The notes under the pieces are model-generated. The model was not told where the DNA came from, made no database searches, and saw only the letters and a program-made list of their open reading frames with translations. 64,000 nucleotides of DNA, taken from positions 1 to 64,000 of the IMG/VR virus record IMGVR_UViG_3300047160_006900; one strand, 5' to 3'. Source of the stretch: a virus. Position 1 is the first letter of the stretch, and each line of letters starts with the position of its first letter. The position numbers were made by a program, and so were the translations under genes. This document shows, one piece after another, positions 27,563 to 35,196 of the stretch.

Positions 27563-27757
27563 GTGATAGCAATGGAACCGCTAGAGCGCATGATCGAAGC
27601 GGAAGTTGGCGTAGTGTTGGAGCCGTCTGCGCTCCCGGAGTGGTGGACCACGTACATCTCAGCGCTCGACGGGACTCCCCGAGAGTTGTATGACCGAGGA
27701 GATTGGGAGAAGGTATTCCTCTACGCCCAGACCTATTCCTCGGTGGACTTCTCATGA
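27563..27757 (+). CDS. hypothetical protein
   Basis: Downstream of a TGCGATACT motif; ATGA coupling to the next gene. Confidence 0.45.
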   Translation: MIAMEPLERMIEAEVGVVLEPSALPEWWTTYISALDGTPRELYDRGDWEKVFLYAQTYSSVDFS

Positions 27758-27963
27758 GCGCTCACCAGAATCTCAATCCGGATCAGTTCCAGACCTACCG
27801 GTACGAGGTTGAGTACGCTCCCACTCATGAGGACATGTCGGCGGGGCGGTCCAAGAAGACCTACGTGTCGGTGATGGAGAAGAACGAGACCGAAGCCAAC
27901 CTCACCGCTGCCCAGATGGTGTGGCGACATGGTATCCCCACGGCCACGAAGAGGATCTCATGA
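27754..27963 (+). CDS. small protein starting MSAHQNLNPDQF
   Basis: ATGA coupling on both sides. Confidence 0.65.
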   Translation: MSAHQNLNPDQFQTYRYEVEYAPTHEDMSAGRSKKTYVSVMEKNETEANLTAAQMVWRHGIPTATKRIS

Positions 27964-28403
27964 GTGCTGCCCGCCACATCCACCCCGATCAGCTTCGGAT
28001 GTTCATGCCCGCCAAGGAACTGATCGGGTTACCGCCCAATCGGGCGGACTTCAGCATGTGGGAGGGTAAGGATGCTCGGCGTGAAGGGATAGAGCCCTCT
28101 AAGGAGAACTTCTGGGCGTCTCGGGTGAAGGAATCCGATGAAGGGCATCGGACTGGATTGCGGGAATCGATTGGGGCAGAGGGCGTGGCCCAGCCGGTCG
28201 TCATCCATCACAGCGGTGAACACCCTGAAGGAGTCATGCTCGCCCAGGGGCATCATCGGGTGGCGTCGGCAACGGTTGCCAATCCGGAGCAGTTGGTCCC
28301 GGTGAAGCACTACGGACCAGATTATCAGTTTAAAGAAGCGGTTCATGAACGTGAGTACGTGAAGTACGGAGGCCTTGCTTCCTTGAGATCGGAGCCGTTC
28401 TGA
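27960..28403 (+). CDS. ParB/Srx-like domain protein (paralog of 26330)
   Basis: LRESIGAEGVAQPV...LAQGHHRVASA...VPV; starts MSAARHIHPDQLRMF. Confidence 0.7.
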   Translation: MSAARHIHPDQLRMFMPAKELIGLPPNRADFSMWEGKDARREGIEPSKENFWASRVKESDEGHRTGLRESIGAEGVAQPVVIHHSGEHPEGVMLAQGHHRVASATVANPEQLVPVKHYGPDYQFKEAVHEREYVKYGGLASLRSEPF

Positions 28404-29266
28404 TGAGCACCGAATACGGGGGCCGCACATTCGACCGCATCGAGCGGATCGATCCCCGGAGCTACAACTACCTCGTCATACAGCATCCGGACGTGGCCCG
28501 AGAGGTTGGCCCCACGGTGGTCTATGTCTCCCCCGAGGACAAGATCATCCTGGCCCAGATCGCTGCGTTGGATGCTCGGGTGACGGCGTTGGAGCAGGCT
28601 TCACCGACTCCGGCTCCCGCCCCGGCTCCAGTTCCCACTCCAACGCCATCGCCTCCCGCAGCTACGGTCTACACCTGCGGGCAGGTCATGGACCAGGGCA
28701 AGACCGGCATGTGCGTGGGCTACGGCTGGGCGGGCTACCTGATGACCTCTCCCAGCCCGGAGACCATCACCGTCGGTAGCGGGGGAGACGACGAAACCTC
28801 AACCGCCGACACGATCTACGACCAGGCCAGGACAGAGGACGGGTCGACGCCAGTGGATGACCCTCAGGGTGGGGCATCGACGCTAGGCGGGGCGAGGGCC
28901 TGTACCAGGCTGGGGTTCATCAAGTCGTATTCCTGGGCGCTCAACGCTTCCCAGGTGGTAGCGGGGCTGCAGTCGATCGGTCCGTGTGTGGTGGGCATGC
29001 CCTGGCGGTCCACCATGATGGAGCCCGACAACTTCGGTGTGCTCGACGTGGGCGACAAGAGCCAGGACGTCGGCGGGCATGAGTTCTTTCTCTGGGGGTA
29101 CTTCCCCAAGGGAGCCCCTGGGAACCCCTCCGCTACCGAGGATATGTTGGCGATGCGGAACTCTTGGGGCACAGGGTGGGGGAAGTACGGGAACGGCTAC
29201 ATCCCCGCTGCGGGACTGGCAGCGCTGATCGTTGACGGCGGGGACTGCACTTTTCCAGTGAAGTGA
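28403..29266 (+). CDS. papain-like C1 cysteine peptidase
   Basis: DQGKTGMCVG (oxyanion Gln, catalytic Cys), GGHEF (His), RNSWGTGWG (Asn). Confidence 0.85.
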   Translation: MSTEYGGRTFDRIERIDPRSYNYLVIQHPDVAREVGPTVVYVSPEDKIILAQIAALDARVTALEQASPTPAPAPAPVPTPTPSPPAATVYTCGQVMDQGKTGMCVGYGWAGYLMTSPSPETITVGSGGDDETSTADTIYDQARTEDGSTPVDDPQGGASTLGGARACTRLGFIKSYSWALNASQVVAGLQSIGPCVVGMPWRSTMMEPDNFGVLDVGDKSQDVGGHEFFLWGYFPKGAPGNPSATEDMLAMRNSWGTGWGKYGNGYIPAAGLAALIVDGGDCTFPVK

Positions 29267-29294
29267 CCACAAGATGTAGGACTTGCTACCCCGT

Positions 29295-29489
29295 TTAACT
29301 GGCTGATACTTCTAACGGGGTGAGTCCTTCCAGCTTGAGCCCCTGATAACGATGCAGTGTGGCCCGTGCTCGATTGATGACGGGCGTGTCGGTGGGCAGG
29401 AGTCGGAGAAGCTCATGGAGCGAGTTCTCCATGGCGTCTCCCACGTCCTCCAGGTTTCGGACGTATGCGACGATGTCGGGGTCGGTCAT
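29295..29489 (-). CDS. hypothetical protein
   Basis: GAGGGG RBS, MTDPDIVAYVRNL. Confidence 0.5.
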   Translation of the reverse strand: MTDPDIVAYVRNLEDVGDAMENSLHELLRLLPTDTPVINRARATLHRYQGLKLEGLTPLEVSAS

Positions 29490-29568
29490 GGGGTTTCCCC
29501 TCACGGTGGATAAGTGTCCCGAATGATACAGGGCTTTGGTATCCACCGATAGTAGGTTTGAAACCCTT

Positions 29569-30468
29569 TTACAGAGCCTTCACCCCCGCCGTGACTCCCG
29601 CAGCAACCGCCTGGGCCATGGCGTTGTAGTCGATGCTCCCGTCTCCACCGCCCCCGCCACTCGGCACGGACTTGAGGTTCGCCACTTCGGCGTCGCTGAC
29701 CTGCTTGCTGGGGACGCCGCCCCAGGCTCCGGTGAGGTCCGAAGGCACGCCATAGGGAGGCTGTGGCGTCCCCACGAAGTGGCTGGAGATGCGTCCGCCC
29801 TCCACCACGAACCAGCCCTCGTTGATGTTCACTCCGATGTACATGTCGTCAGTCCTTTTCGTTACGGGAGCGGGGGCGGAGGCCGTCCACCAGGAGGGTT
29901 TTAGAACGAGGTTTTGGTCCGTGCCCGGTATGGGCGTGCCGATGAGTTGGATGAGATCTGCCCCCAGTTGTTGCCAGTATTGAATGTTTCGGGGATGGTT
30001 GTCGGGATAGCCCAGGGGGTTCCAGTCGACGACCCCCCAGAACTTCTGCAGCTTGCCTCCCAGGTGCATGCCCTGGTTGATGGCATCGCTGCTGCCGTAC
30101 TGGCCGAAAGCGAGTTCTCGGGTCTGGTCGGCCCAGCCCTGGAGGTAGGGCTGGGTGTTGCGTCCGTGCAGGCTGCCGTTGTTGAGGTCACAGGCCACGA
30201 CGTAGGAGAACTCCCCGGCCGGGATTCTGCGCTCATGGGCCGCACAGTCGGACTTGCCGTTGGCATAGTTCTGATCGGGCGTTCCCGCTACCGCTCGGTC
30301 CTGGCTGGATTCAAAGATCCAGGCGTGGTGGAGACGCTCGGTCGAGAACAGGGCCACGTAGGCATCGCTGGGGCGGGCGCTCCCTGAGTAGACCAGCACT
30401 CCCTCGCCGTCGTTGGCGAGAACATCAGAGGGGCTGGCCTGGCCCTCTTGGTCGTAGGCGTAGCTCAC
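29569..30468 (-). CDS. putative endolysin, DUF1906/GH25-like glycoside hydrolase
   Basis: WIFESSQDRA...YVVACD...YLQGW...GQYGS pattern; GTGA-coupled to the holin-like gene. Confidence 0.6.
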   Translation of the reverse strand: MSYAYDQEGQASPSDVLANDGEGVLVYSGSARPSDAYVALFSTERLHHAWIFESSQDRAVAGTPDQNYANGKSDCAAHERRIPAGEFSYVVACDLNNGSLHGRNTQPYLQGWADQTRELAFGQYGSSDAINQGMHLGGKLQKFWGVVDWNPLGYPDNHPRNIQYWQQLGADLIQLIGTPIPGTDQNLVLKPSWWTASAPAPVTKRTDDMYIGVNINEGWFVVEGGRISSHFVGTPQPPYGVPSDLTGAWGGVPSKQVSDAEVANLKSVPSGGGGGDGSIDYNAMAQAVAAGVTAGVKAL

Positions 30469-30872
30469 TTCCACTCCGGAGGGGTGGTGTCGTCGTCAGT
30501 AGTGGTCTCGGCGGGCAGTTGGGTCGGGGTCGGCGGCGGGGTTGTCGTCGCTCGTTCCGGTGGCTGGGTGTAGTTGTGGCCGACGTTCTTCACGGCGGTG
30601 TAGCCCTCCCAGATACCAGCGGCGATACCGGCGAGCAGGATACCCACCACTAGCTGCGACCAGAAGTTCAGGGAGTCGAGCGATCGATTGAGCACGACTT
30701 CATCGCTGGAGAAGTTGGACGCCGAGACCAACAGCACGGCGGCGATGCCGACGACGAGACAGGTGATCGCCACGATGCGTTGGGTGTTGGTCCCCAGGGC
30801 GATGGAGCGGGCCAGTGCGACCAGGCCGGTCAACGTGAGGCCGAGGACGAGAGCGGAACTCAGATCGAACAT
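30465..30872 (-). CDS. putative holin (3 TM)
   Basis: Three hydrophobic segments, polar tail, adjacent to the lysin; GGGGAG RBS. Confidence 0.65.
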   Translation of the reverse strand: MFDLSSALVLGLTLTGLVALARSIALGTNTQRIVAITCLVVGIAAVLLVSASNFSSDEVVLNRSLDSLNFWSQLVVGILLAGIAAGIWEGYTAVKNVGHNYTQPPERATTTPPPTPTQLPAETTTDDDTTPPEWK

Positions 30873-30932
30873 TTACTCCCCCTAAGATACGGAAGGTTTG
30901 CAGTTTCCTCCCATCGAAGGTACGATGGGCGC

Positions 30933-31199
30933 ATGGGACTTTTCAAGAGACTTCAGGATCCAGGCGTACGTGACCGGACTCCCCTAGAGCATGGCCTACG
31001 GAACTCCCTTCTGTGGGGATTCGCCGTGTCGGAGGTGATGGAGGGCTCCCTCGATGAGAAGGTGTTGGCCTTCCTGGTGCCGTACGTCATCGGGGGTGCT
31101 GCCTACATCGGGGCTACTGAGGGGGCCAGGACGTATCAAGAAGAAGTTGATTCTCCAGCAGGAGGATCTCTTTACGTTCTTCCACCGGTTTCGGACTGA
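30933..31199 (+). CDS. small membrane protein, leaderless
   Basis: TTGCAG(30898)-N17-TACGAT-6 nt-ATG. Confidence 0.55.
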   Translation: MGLFKRLQDPGVRDRTPLEHGLRNSLLWGFAVSEVMEGSLDEKVLAFLVPYVIGGAAYIGATEGARTYQEEVDSPAGGSLYVLPPVSD

Positions 31200-31407
31200 G
31201 TTCGGCGTTCATCTCCGCCACCTGAGTCCCCATCGAGATGAAGAGGCCTCCGATTCGGAGGCACTCCTCGGGAGTGAAATCCAGTTTGACCTGCCCCACC
31301 TCGGCGTCCTTCGGGGTGACGTGGAATGCCAGCACGATGGAGGGAAGCCATGTCTCCTCGTCGGCTGAGACGAAGAGAATGACCTCTTGTTCGGAGTCTT
31401 CGGTCAT
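31114..31407 (-). CDS. acidic hypothetical protein
   Basis: TATGCT-6 nt-ATG; convergent overlap with the previous gene. Confidence 0.55.
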   Translation of the reverse strand: MTEDSEQEVILFVSADEETWLPSIVLAFHVTPKDAEVGQVKLDFTPEECLRIGGLFISMGTQVAEMNAELSPKPVEERKEILLLENQLLLDTSWPPQ

Positions 31408-31540
31408 GCCGGGAGCATAACCCTTGTAGGTAAAGGGTTCTGGGACCCTATTCGCCATAGTGGCTAGAGACCCTGCTAGCGTGCCCCTCTGAACCCGCCC
31501 CTGGCGGGTTTTGTCCTATCCGCCATCAGGGAGCAGCCCT

Positions 31541-32107
31541 TTGCGACGTCGTGTGAGTTTCCTCATCGTCATATCCGTTCTCGCCATCACCATGCTGTTG
31601 GTTCTCCCGACGGGGTCAGCGCAAGCGCAGTCGTCCACGGAGAAGCAAGCTGGTCTGGCCCTCATGGTGGGTCGGGCCGCTGGTGACGCTCAGGTCATGA
31701 TGACCAAAGCCCAATACGGCTTGGTCGTCTACCTGGCAGCCACCAACGACGCCAACCTGACCACGTACGTCAACGCAGTCGAGCAAGCTGATGCCGAGGC
31801 AGCCCTTCAAAACTCCCAGGCTCAGCCAACTCAGCAGTATTCTGCCCCATCCAGTGGCGGAGCTTCTGGTGACTGCTTCGACGGCTCCCCCATCCCGGCC
31901 TGGATCGTGAATCGGGAGAGTGGGGGCGACCCCAATGCGGTCAATCCCTCCTCCGGTGCCTACGGGTGCTATCAGGAACTCCCTGGGCACTTCAACGCTG
32001 GGGCGGTGTGTGGAGGGTTGTCCATGTACAGCGTCGCTGACCAGAAGACCTGTGCTCAGCGGCTGATCGACGCTGCCGGGGGCTCGTTGGCCCCCTGGGC
32101 GGAGTAG
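31541..32107 (+). CDS. secreted Rpf/SLT-like lytic transglycosylase
   Basis: Signal peptide RRRVSFLIVISVL...AQA; IVNRESGGDPNAVNPSSGAYGCYQ. Confidence 0.8.
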   Translation: MRRRVSFLIVISVLAITMLLVLPTGSAQAQSSTEKQAGLALMVGRAAGDAQVMMTKAQYGLVVYLAATNDANLTTYVNAVEQADAEAALQNSQAQPTQQYSAPSSGGASGDCFDGSPIPAWIVNRESGGDPNAVNPSSGAYGCYQELPGHFNAGAVCGGLSMYSVADQKTCAQRLIDAAGGSLAPWAE

Positions 32108-32113
32108 CCAGGT

Positions 32114-32140
32114 GCCCCGGTCCTCCCCAGGGACCGGGGC
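32114..32140 (+). terminator. hairpin after the transglycosylase gene
   Basis: GCCCCGGTCC...GGACCGGGGC. Confidence 0.55.
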
Positions 32141-32159
32141 CTTGGTGTATCCTATTGAC

Positions 32160-32498
32160 ATGCCGAGAGACGACACCTACCGCTTGCGAGAGGATCCCCG
32201 CTGTGGCCCGTGGATCGTGACGGCGGCGTCGAGTCGGGTGGCCCGGTTTCGTTGGGATTACAACAACGACGTGATGCAGGTCCAGTGGCGGAACCAGAAG
32301 AACATGGGATACCTGTATGACTGCGGGTATGAGGAGTTTCGGTCCATGTTGCGGATCAACTCCAAGGGGAAGCAGATCAACAACCCGCTCAACGGCTATA
32401 CCTACCGGCCGATGGACCCCATCGAGTACGGGGCTCCGGTGGAACGGGACAACGCCCCGCTGTCTCGGGCCAGGGGTGTCACGGACATCCAGACTTGA
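32160..32498 (+). CDS. KTSC-like domain protein
   Basis: SSRVARFRWD...MQVQWR...YLY...SKGKQIN. Confidence 0.65.
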   Translation: MPRDDTYRLREDPRCGPWIVTAASSRVARFRWDYNNDVMQVQWRNQKNMGYLYDCGYEEFRSMLRINSKGKQINNPLNGYTYRPMDPIEYGAPVERDNAPLSRARGVTDIQT

Positions 32499-32749
32499 AA
32501 GAGTTCTGGATTCAGCGGCCCTGCTTCTACTGGGGCTATGACGATATCGATGAGGGCAAGCGGCTCAGTATGACCTGGATGGTTCATACCGAGCCGCCCT
32601 TCTATCACGGGAGGGCTCTGCGGCTGCGGGTCCAGGATCGGGCCTATTGGTTCGGCCTCTACCGCAAGGCCAAGAAGCCGTTCGTGCGGGAGACCGAGAT
32701 CCATCCGGAGGAGATCCGCTCATGGGTATACGACTCAAGAAGCCGCTGA
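32495..32749 (+). CDS. hypothetical protein
   Basis: TTGA coupling; TEPPFYHGRALRLR. Confidence 0.55.
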   Translation: MKEFWIQRPCFYWGYDDIDEGKRLSMTWMVHTEPPFYHGRALRLRVQDRAYWFGLYRKAKKPFVRETEIHPEEIRSWVYDSRSR

Positions 32750-32967
32750 AGACCAACTCGGCGGTCCCGCCCCCGACCAAGCTGAAGTCCCTCTCGGGGG
32801 ACGACCTCTACCTCTACGTGGAGTCGGGGTTGATGGCCTGCCAGCAGCGGCTGGCCGAGTTCCGCCAGGGTGACTTTTTGACCAAGCCGATTCGGCTGGA
32901 GATGTTGGTGAGCGAGTTCGACGCCGTGACCGTCGGTCTCCAGGAGATGCAGGCTCGGACTGTCTAG
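32722..32967 (+). CDS. helical hypothetical protein
   Basis: GGAGG RBS before ATG 32722. Confidence 0.55.
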   Translation: MGIRLKKPLKTNSAVPPPTKLKSLSGDDLYLYVESGLMACQQRLAEFRQGDFLTKPIRLEMLVSEFDAVTVGLQEMQARTV

Positions 32968-33016
32968 CGCTCCGAATACTTGCACTTCTGGCTAGTGGTC
33001 GGTAAACTGGTTGTTC

Positions 33017-33301
33017 ATGGAACAACTATCGTTACCCCTCATTACGGAGCAGGCATCGTCGTACGAAATCGTGCTGCTGCGGAACGACATCCCCATCCTG
33101 ACCCTGCACGCCGATGCCCTCGCAGAGGCCCAGAGCAAGCGACGGGACCTAGTCGATCTGCTCCAACGTGACCCTCGGAACCGCACGGTCTGGGAGGACA
33201 ACCCCCGTCCGACCGGGTGGTGGGGCCTCAGGCCCACGCCGCCGCTTGCTGCTGCGGTGTACAACATCCGCATCGAGTCCGTCAGGATCGGAGCATCGTG
33301 A
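33017..33301 (+). CDS. hypothetical protein beginning MEQLSLPL
   Basis: TTGCAC(32980)-N17-TAAACT-8 nt-ATG. Confidence 0.55.
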   Translation: MEQLSLPLITEQASSYEIVLLRNDIPILTLHADALAEAQSKRRDLVDLLQRDPRNRTVWEDNPRPTGWWGLRPTPPLAAAVYNIRIESVRIGAS

Positions 33302-33304
33302 GTC

Positions 33305-33721
33305 ATGAGCCACACCGAGATCCACATCAACGAGCCGGGGGCTTCCATCGAGGAGCGGGTTGCGGCTCTGGAGAAGCAGGTCGAATTCCTGTCCAAGGAC
33401 CGTCCTGGCCGTAAGATGAAGCCCAACATCACGTCCCAGCCCGGGGTCTGCGGTATCGACCCGGCTCGGGACTCCTCGATCTGTCCCGACGCCAGCATCT
33501 ACCGGTACCAGAACGGCTGTCAGGGTGACAAGTGCGTCCAGATCAACCGGGACTACTACTCCGACTACCGGGCCAAGCGACGGCAGAACACCAAGCCGAC
33601 GGCGGAGGCCGTAGTGGAGGATCTTCCCGCCTCGGTCAGTAACGGGGAGGCCAGCCATGAGCCCCCGTCGATGACGCCGCCCCCGCCAGCGCCGTTCGGT
33701 CTCGACATCGACGCTTCGTAA
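33305..33721 (+). CDS. Cys-containing, possibly DNA-binding protein
   Basis: C...C...YQNGCQGDKC...NRDYY, like actinophage Y..GCRC motifs. Confidence 0.6.
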   Translation: MSHTEIHINEPGASIEERVAALEKQVEFLSKDRPGRKMKPNITSQPGVCGIDPARDSSICPDASIYRYQNGCQGDKCVQINRDYYSDYRAKRRQNTKPTAEAVVEDLPASVSNGEASHEPPSMTPPPPAPFGLDIDAS

Positions 33722-33849
33722 CGTGGATTTCAGCGGCCATACACCAGATCCTACGGAGTATGACATCTACGTGGCGTGGTATGAGAAGCTGGTAGTCGAC
33801 GCTCTCTGGAAAGAGCGATACGGTTACGATCTCGTCACCGGAGGTATCC

Positions 33850-34098
33850 GTGGAGCCGACATCGACGCAGCCTGACGATGACACCGAGACTCTTCTATTG
33901 ATCTTGGAGTGGATCACGGAGCAGCGGAAGACCGATCAAGAGCAGTGGGAGGCCATCCATCGCCTCAAGCGGGTTCTCCGGCGTGTGCTGGAGAGGGTTA
34001 AGACCCTAGAGGAGGAGGTAGCAGCGCTACAGCCACCCACACCGCATCCTGCGGTAGCGGGTACAGTCAACTTCGGCACACCAGTGAAGAGGAGTTAG
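33850..34098 (+). CDS. coiled-coil protein ending AVAGTVNFGTPVKRS
   Basis: GGAGG RBS. Confidence 0.6.
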   Translation: MEPTSTQPDDDTETLLLILEWITEQRKTDQEQWEAIHRLKRVLRRVLERVKTLEEEVAALQPPTPHPAVAGTVNFGTPVKRS

Positions 34099-34102
34099 GG
34101 CA

Positions 34103-34429
34103 ATGGCAGACGCAGTACTCAAGGACGACGAGGTATTCCCGACCGTGACCCTGTCGTGGACAGACGACCAGGGCAGTCCCACCACCTCCCCGACCACCAT
34201 CGCCGCCTCATCGTCCGACGAGGCCACGGTGACGGTGACCGAGAACTCCGACGGCAGCGGCAGCTATGCCGTCTCCTCGGTCGGTCCCGTCTCGACCGCC
34301 GACGTGACGGTCTCCTGGCTCGGGACGAACGACGACGGCAGCACGGTGACGGTCTCGGCGTTGGTCGCCGTGGTCTCCAGCGAGGCCGTGGGCGGTTCGG
34401 TGAACTTCGGAGAGCCCATCAAGCGCTGA
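34103..34429 (+). CDS. Ig-like beta-rich protein ending AVGGSVNFGEPIKR
   Basis: AGGAG RBS; Ser/Thr/Val-rich strands, SSDEATVTV. Confidence 0.7.
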   Translation: MADAVLKDDEVFPTVTLSWTDDQGSPTTSPTTIAASSSDEATVTVTENSDGSGSYAVSSVGPVSTADVTVSWLGTNDDGSTVTVSALVAVVSSEAVGGSVNFGEPIKR

Positions 34430-34430
34430 G

Positions 34431-34459
34431 TTGCACTCCCCGCAGGAGGGGAGTACAAT
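34431..34459 (+). promoter_or_regulatory. near-consensus promoter that is itself an inverted repeat
   Basis: TTGCAC-N17-TACAAT; TTGCACTCCCC/GGGGAGTACAA. Confidence 0.75.
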
Positions 34460-34465
34460 GAAAGC

Positions 34466-34553
34466 ATTCCGGTTCCTGGGTTCCTGGATTGGTCTCTGTG
34501 TGCTAGGAGCCGGAGTAAAGAGCCCCTCGGTCCACCGATCGGGGGGCTTCTTT
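34466..34553 (+). ncRNA. candidate antisense small RNA (about 88 nt)
   Basis: 14-bp stem with G-U pairs, 23-nt loop, terminator hairpin plus TTCTTT; complementary to early-gene leaders. Confidence 0.6.
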
Positions 34554-34586
34554 ATGCCATAGTGGCGGGAGGATTCGATTAAAGGA

Positions 34587-35171
34587 GTGGGTCCAATGCC
34601 CGAATCACATTACGAACCGGCTCCAGCACTACAAGATCCAGCCCCAGACCTACCCCCTGACCCCACTCCTCCTCCTCCTCCGGACCCAACTCCTCCTCCG
34701 GACCCTGCTCCCGAACCTCCCCCTCCGCCACCGGACCCAGCCCCAGAACCCGATCCGACTCCGCCTCCGGACCCTGCCCCAGCCCCAGAACCCCCTCCTG
34801 AGCCCGCCCCTGAGCCTCCTCCGGCCCCCTCTGGGGACGACTCCGGCGACGAGCCGAAGTACATCGAGCCGGTACGGGACGACGTGGTCGATGTTCCTGA
34901 GGCTCCCCCGGCTCCGCTCGTACCTCCGGGGGACTCGGGTGGAATCGCCCCTGAGGATCAGCCCAATCCGGAACTCCCGGAACTGGAGCCCCAAGAACCC
35001 ATCTACGAGGGCGAGGGCGTTCCGGCCGATGAGCAGCAGCAGCAATTGGCCGAGGATGAGGCTCAGTTCCAGGAGACGTACGACCAGCAGCGGGATGAGC
35101 ACGAACAGGCCTGGCAGGACGAGCAGGCCCAGATTCTGCAGGAGCGCGTGAAGCGGCTGGAGGGTCAGTAG
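34587..35171 (+). CDS. Pro/Asp/Glu-rich repetitive protein
   Basis: PPPDPAPEP repeats, acidic C-terminal helix; AAGGAG RBS (start may be ATG 34596). Confidence 0.65.
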   Translation: MGPMPESHYEPAPALQDPAPDLPPDPTPPPPPDPTPPPDPAPEPPPPPPDPAPEPDPTPPPDPAPAPEPPPEPAPEPPPAPSGDDSGDEPKYIEPVRDDVVDVPEAPPAPLVPPGDSGGIAPEDQPNPELPELEPQEPIYEGEGVPADEQQQQLAEDEAQFQETYDQQRDEHEQAWQDEQAQILQERVKRLEGQ

Positions 35172-35196
35172 ATCGGGTATGCCATAGTTATCGGTA

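Noticed and set aside
31455-31540. c-di-AMP (ydaO) riboswitch ahead of the Rpf-like gene
   Set aside because: Only one short hairpin; the conserved riboswitch motifs are not seen
34458-34562. 34-aa ORF MKAFRFLGSW... with AGGAGG 8 nt upstream
   Set aside because: Its start lies inside the -10 box and it reads through a terminator; the sRNA reading explains the stems and complementarity better. Not fully excluded.
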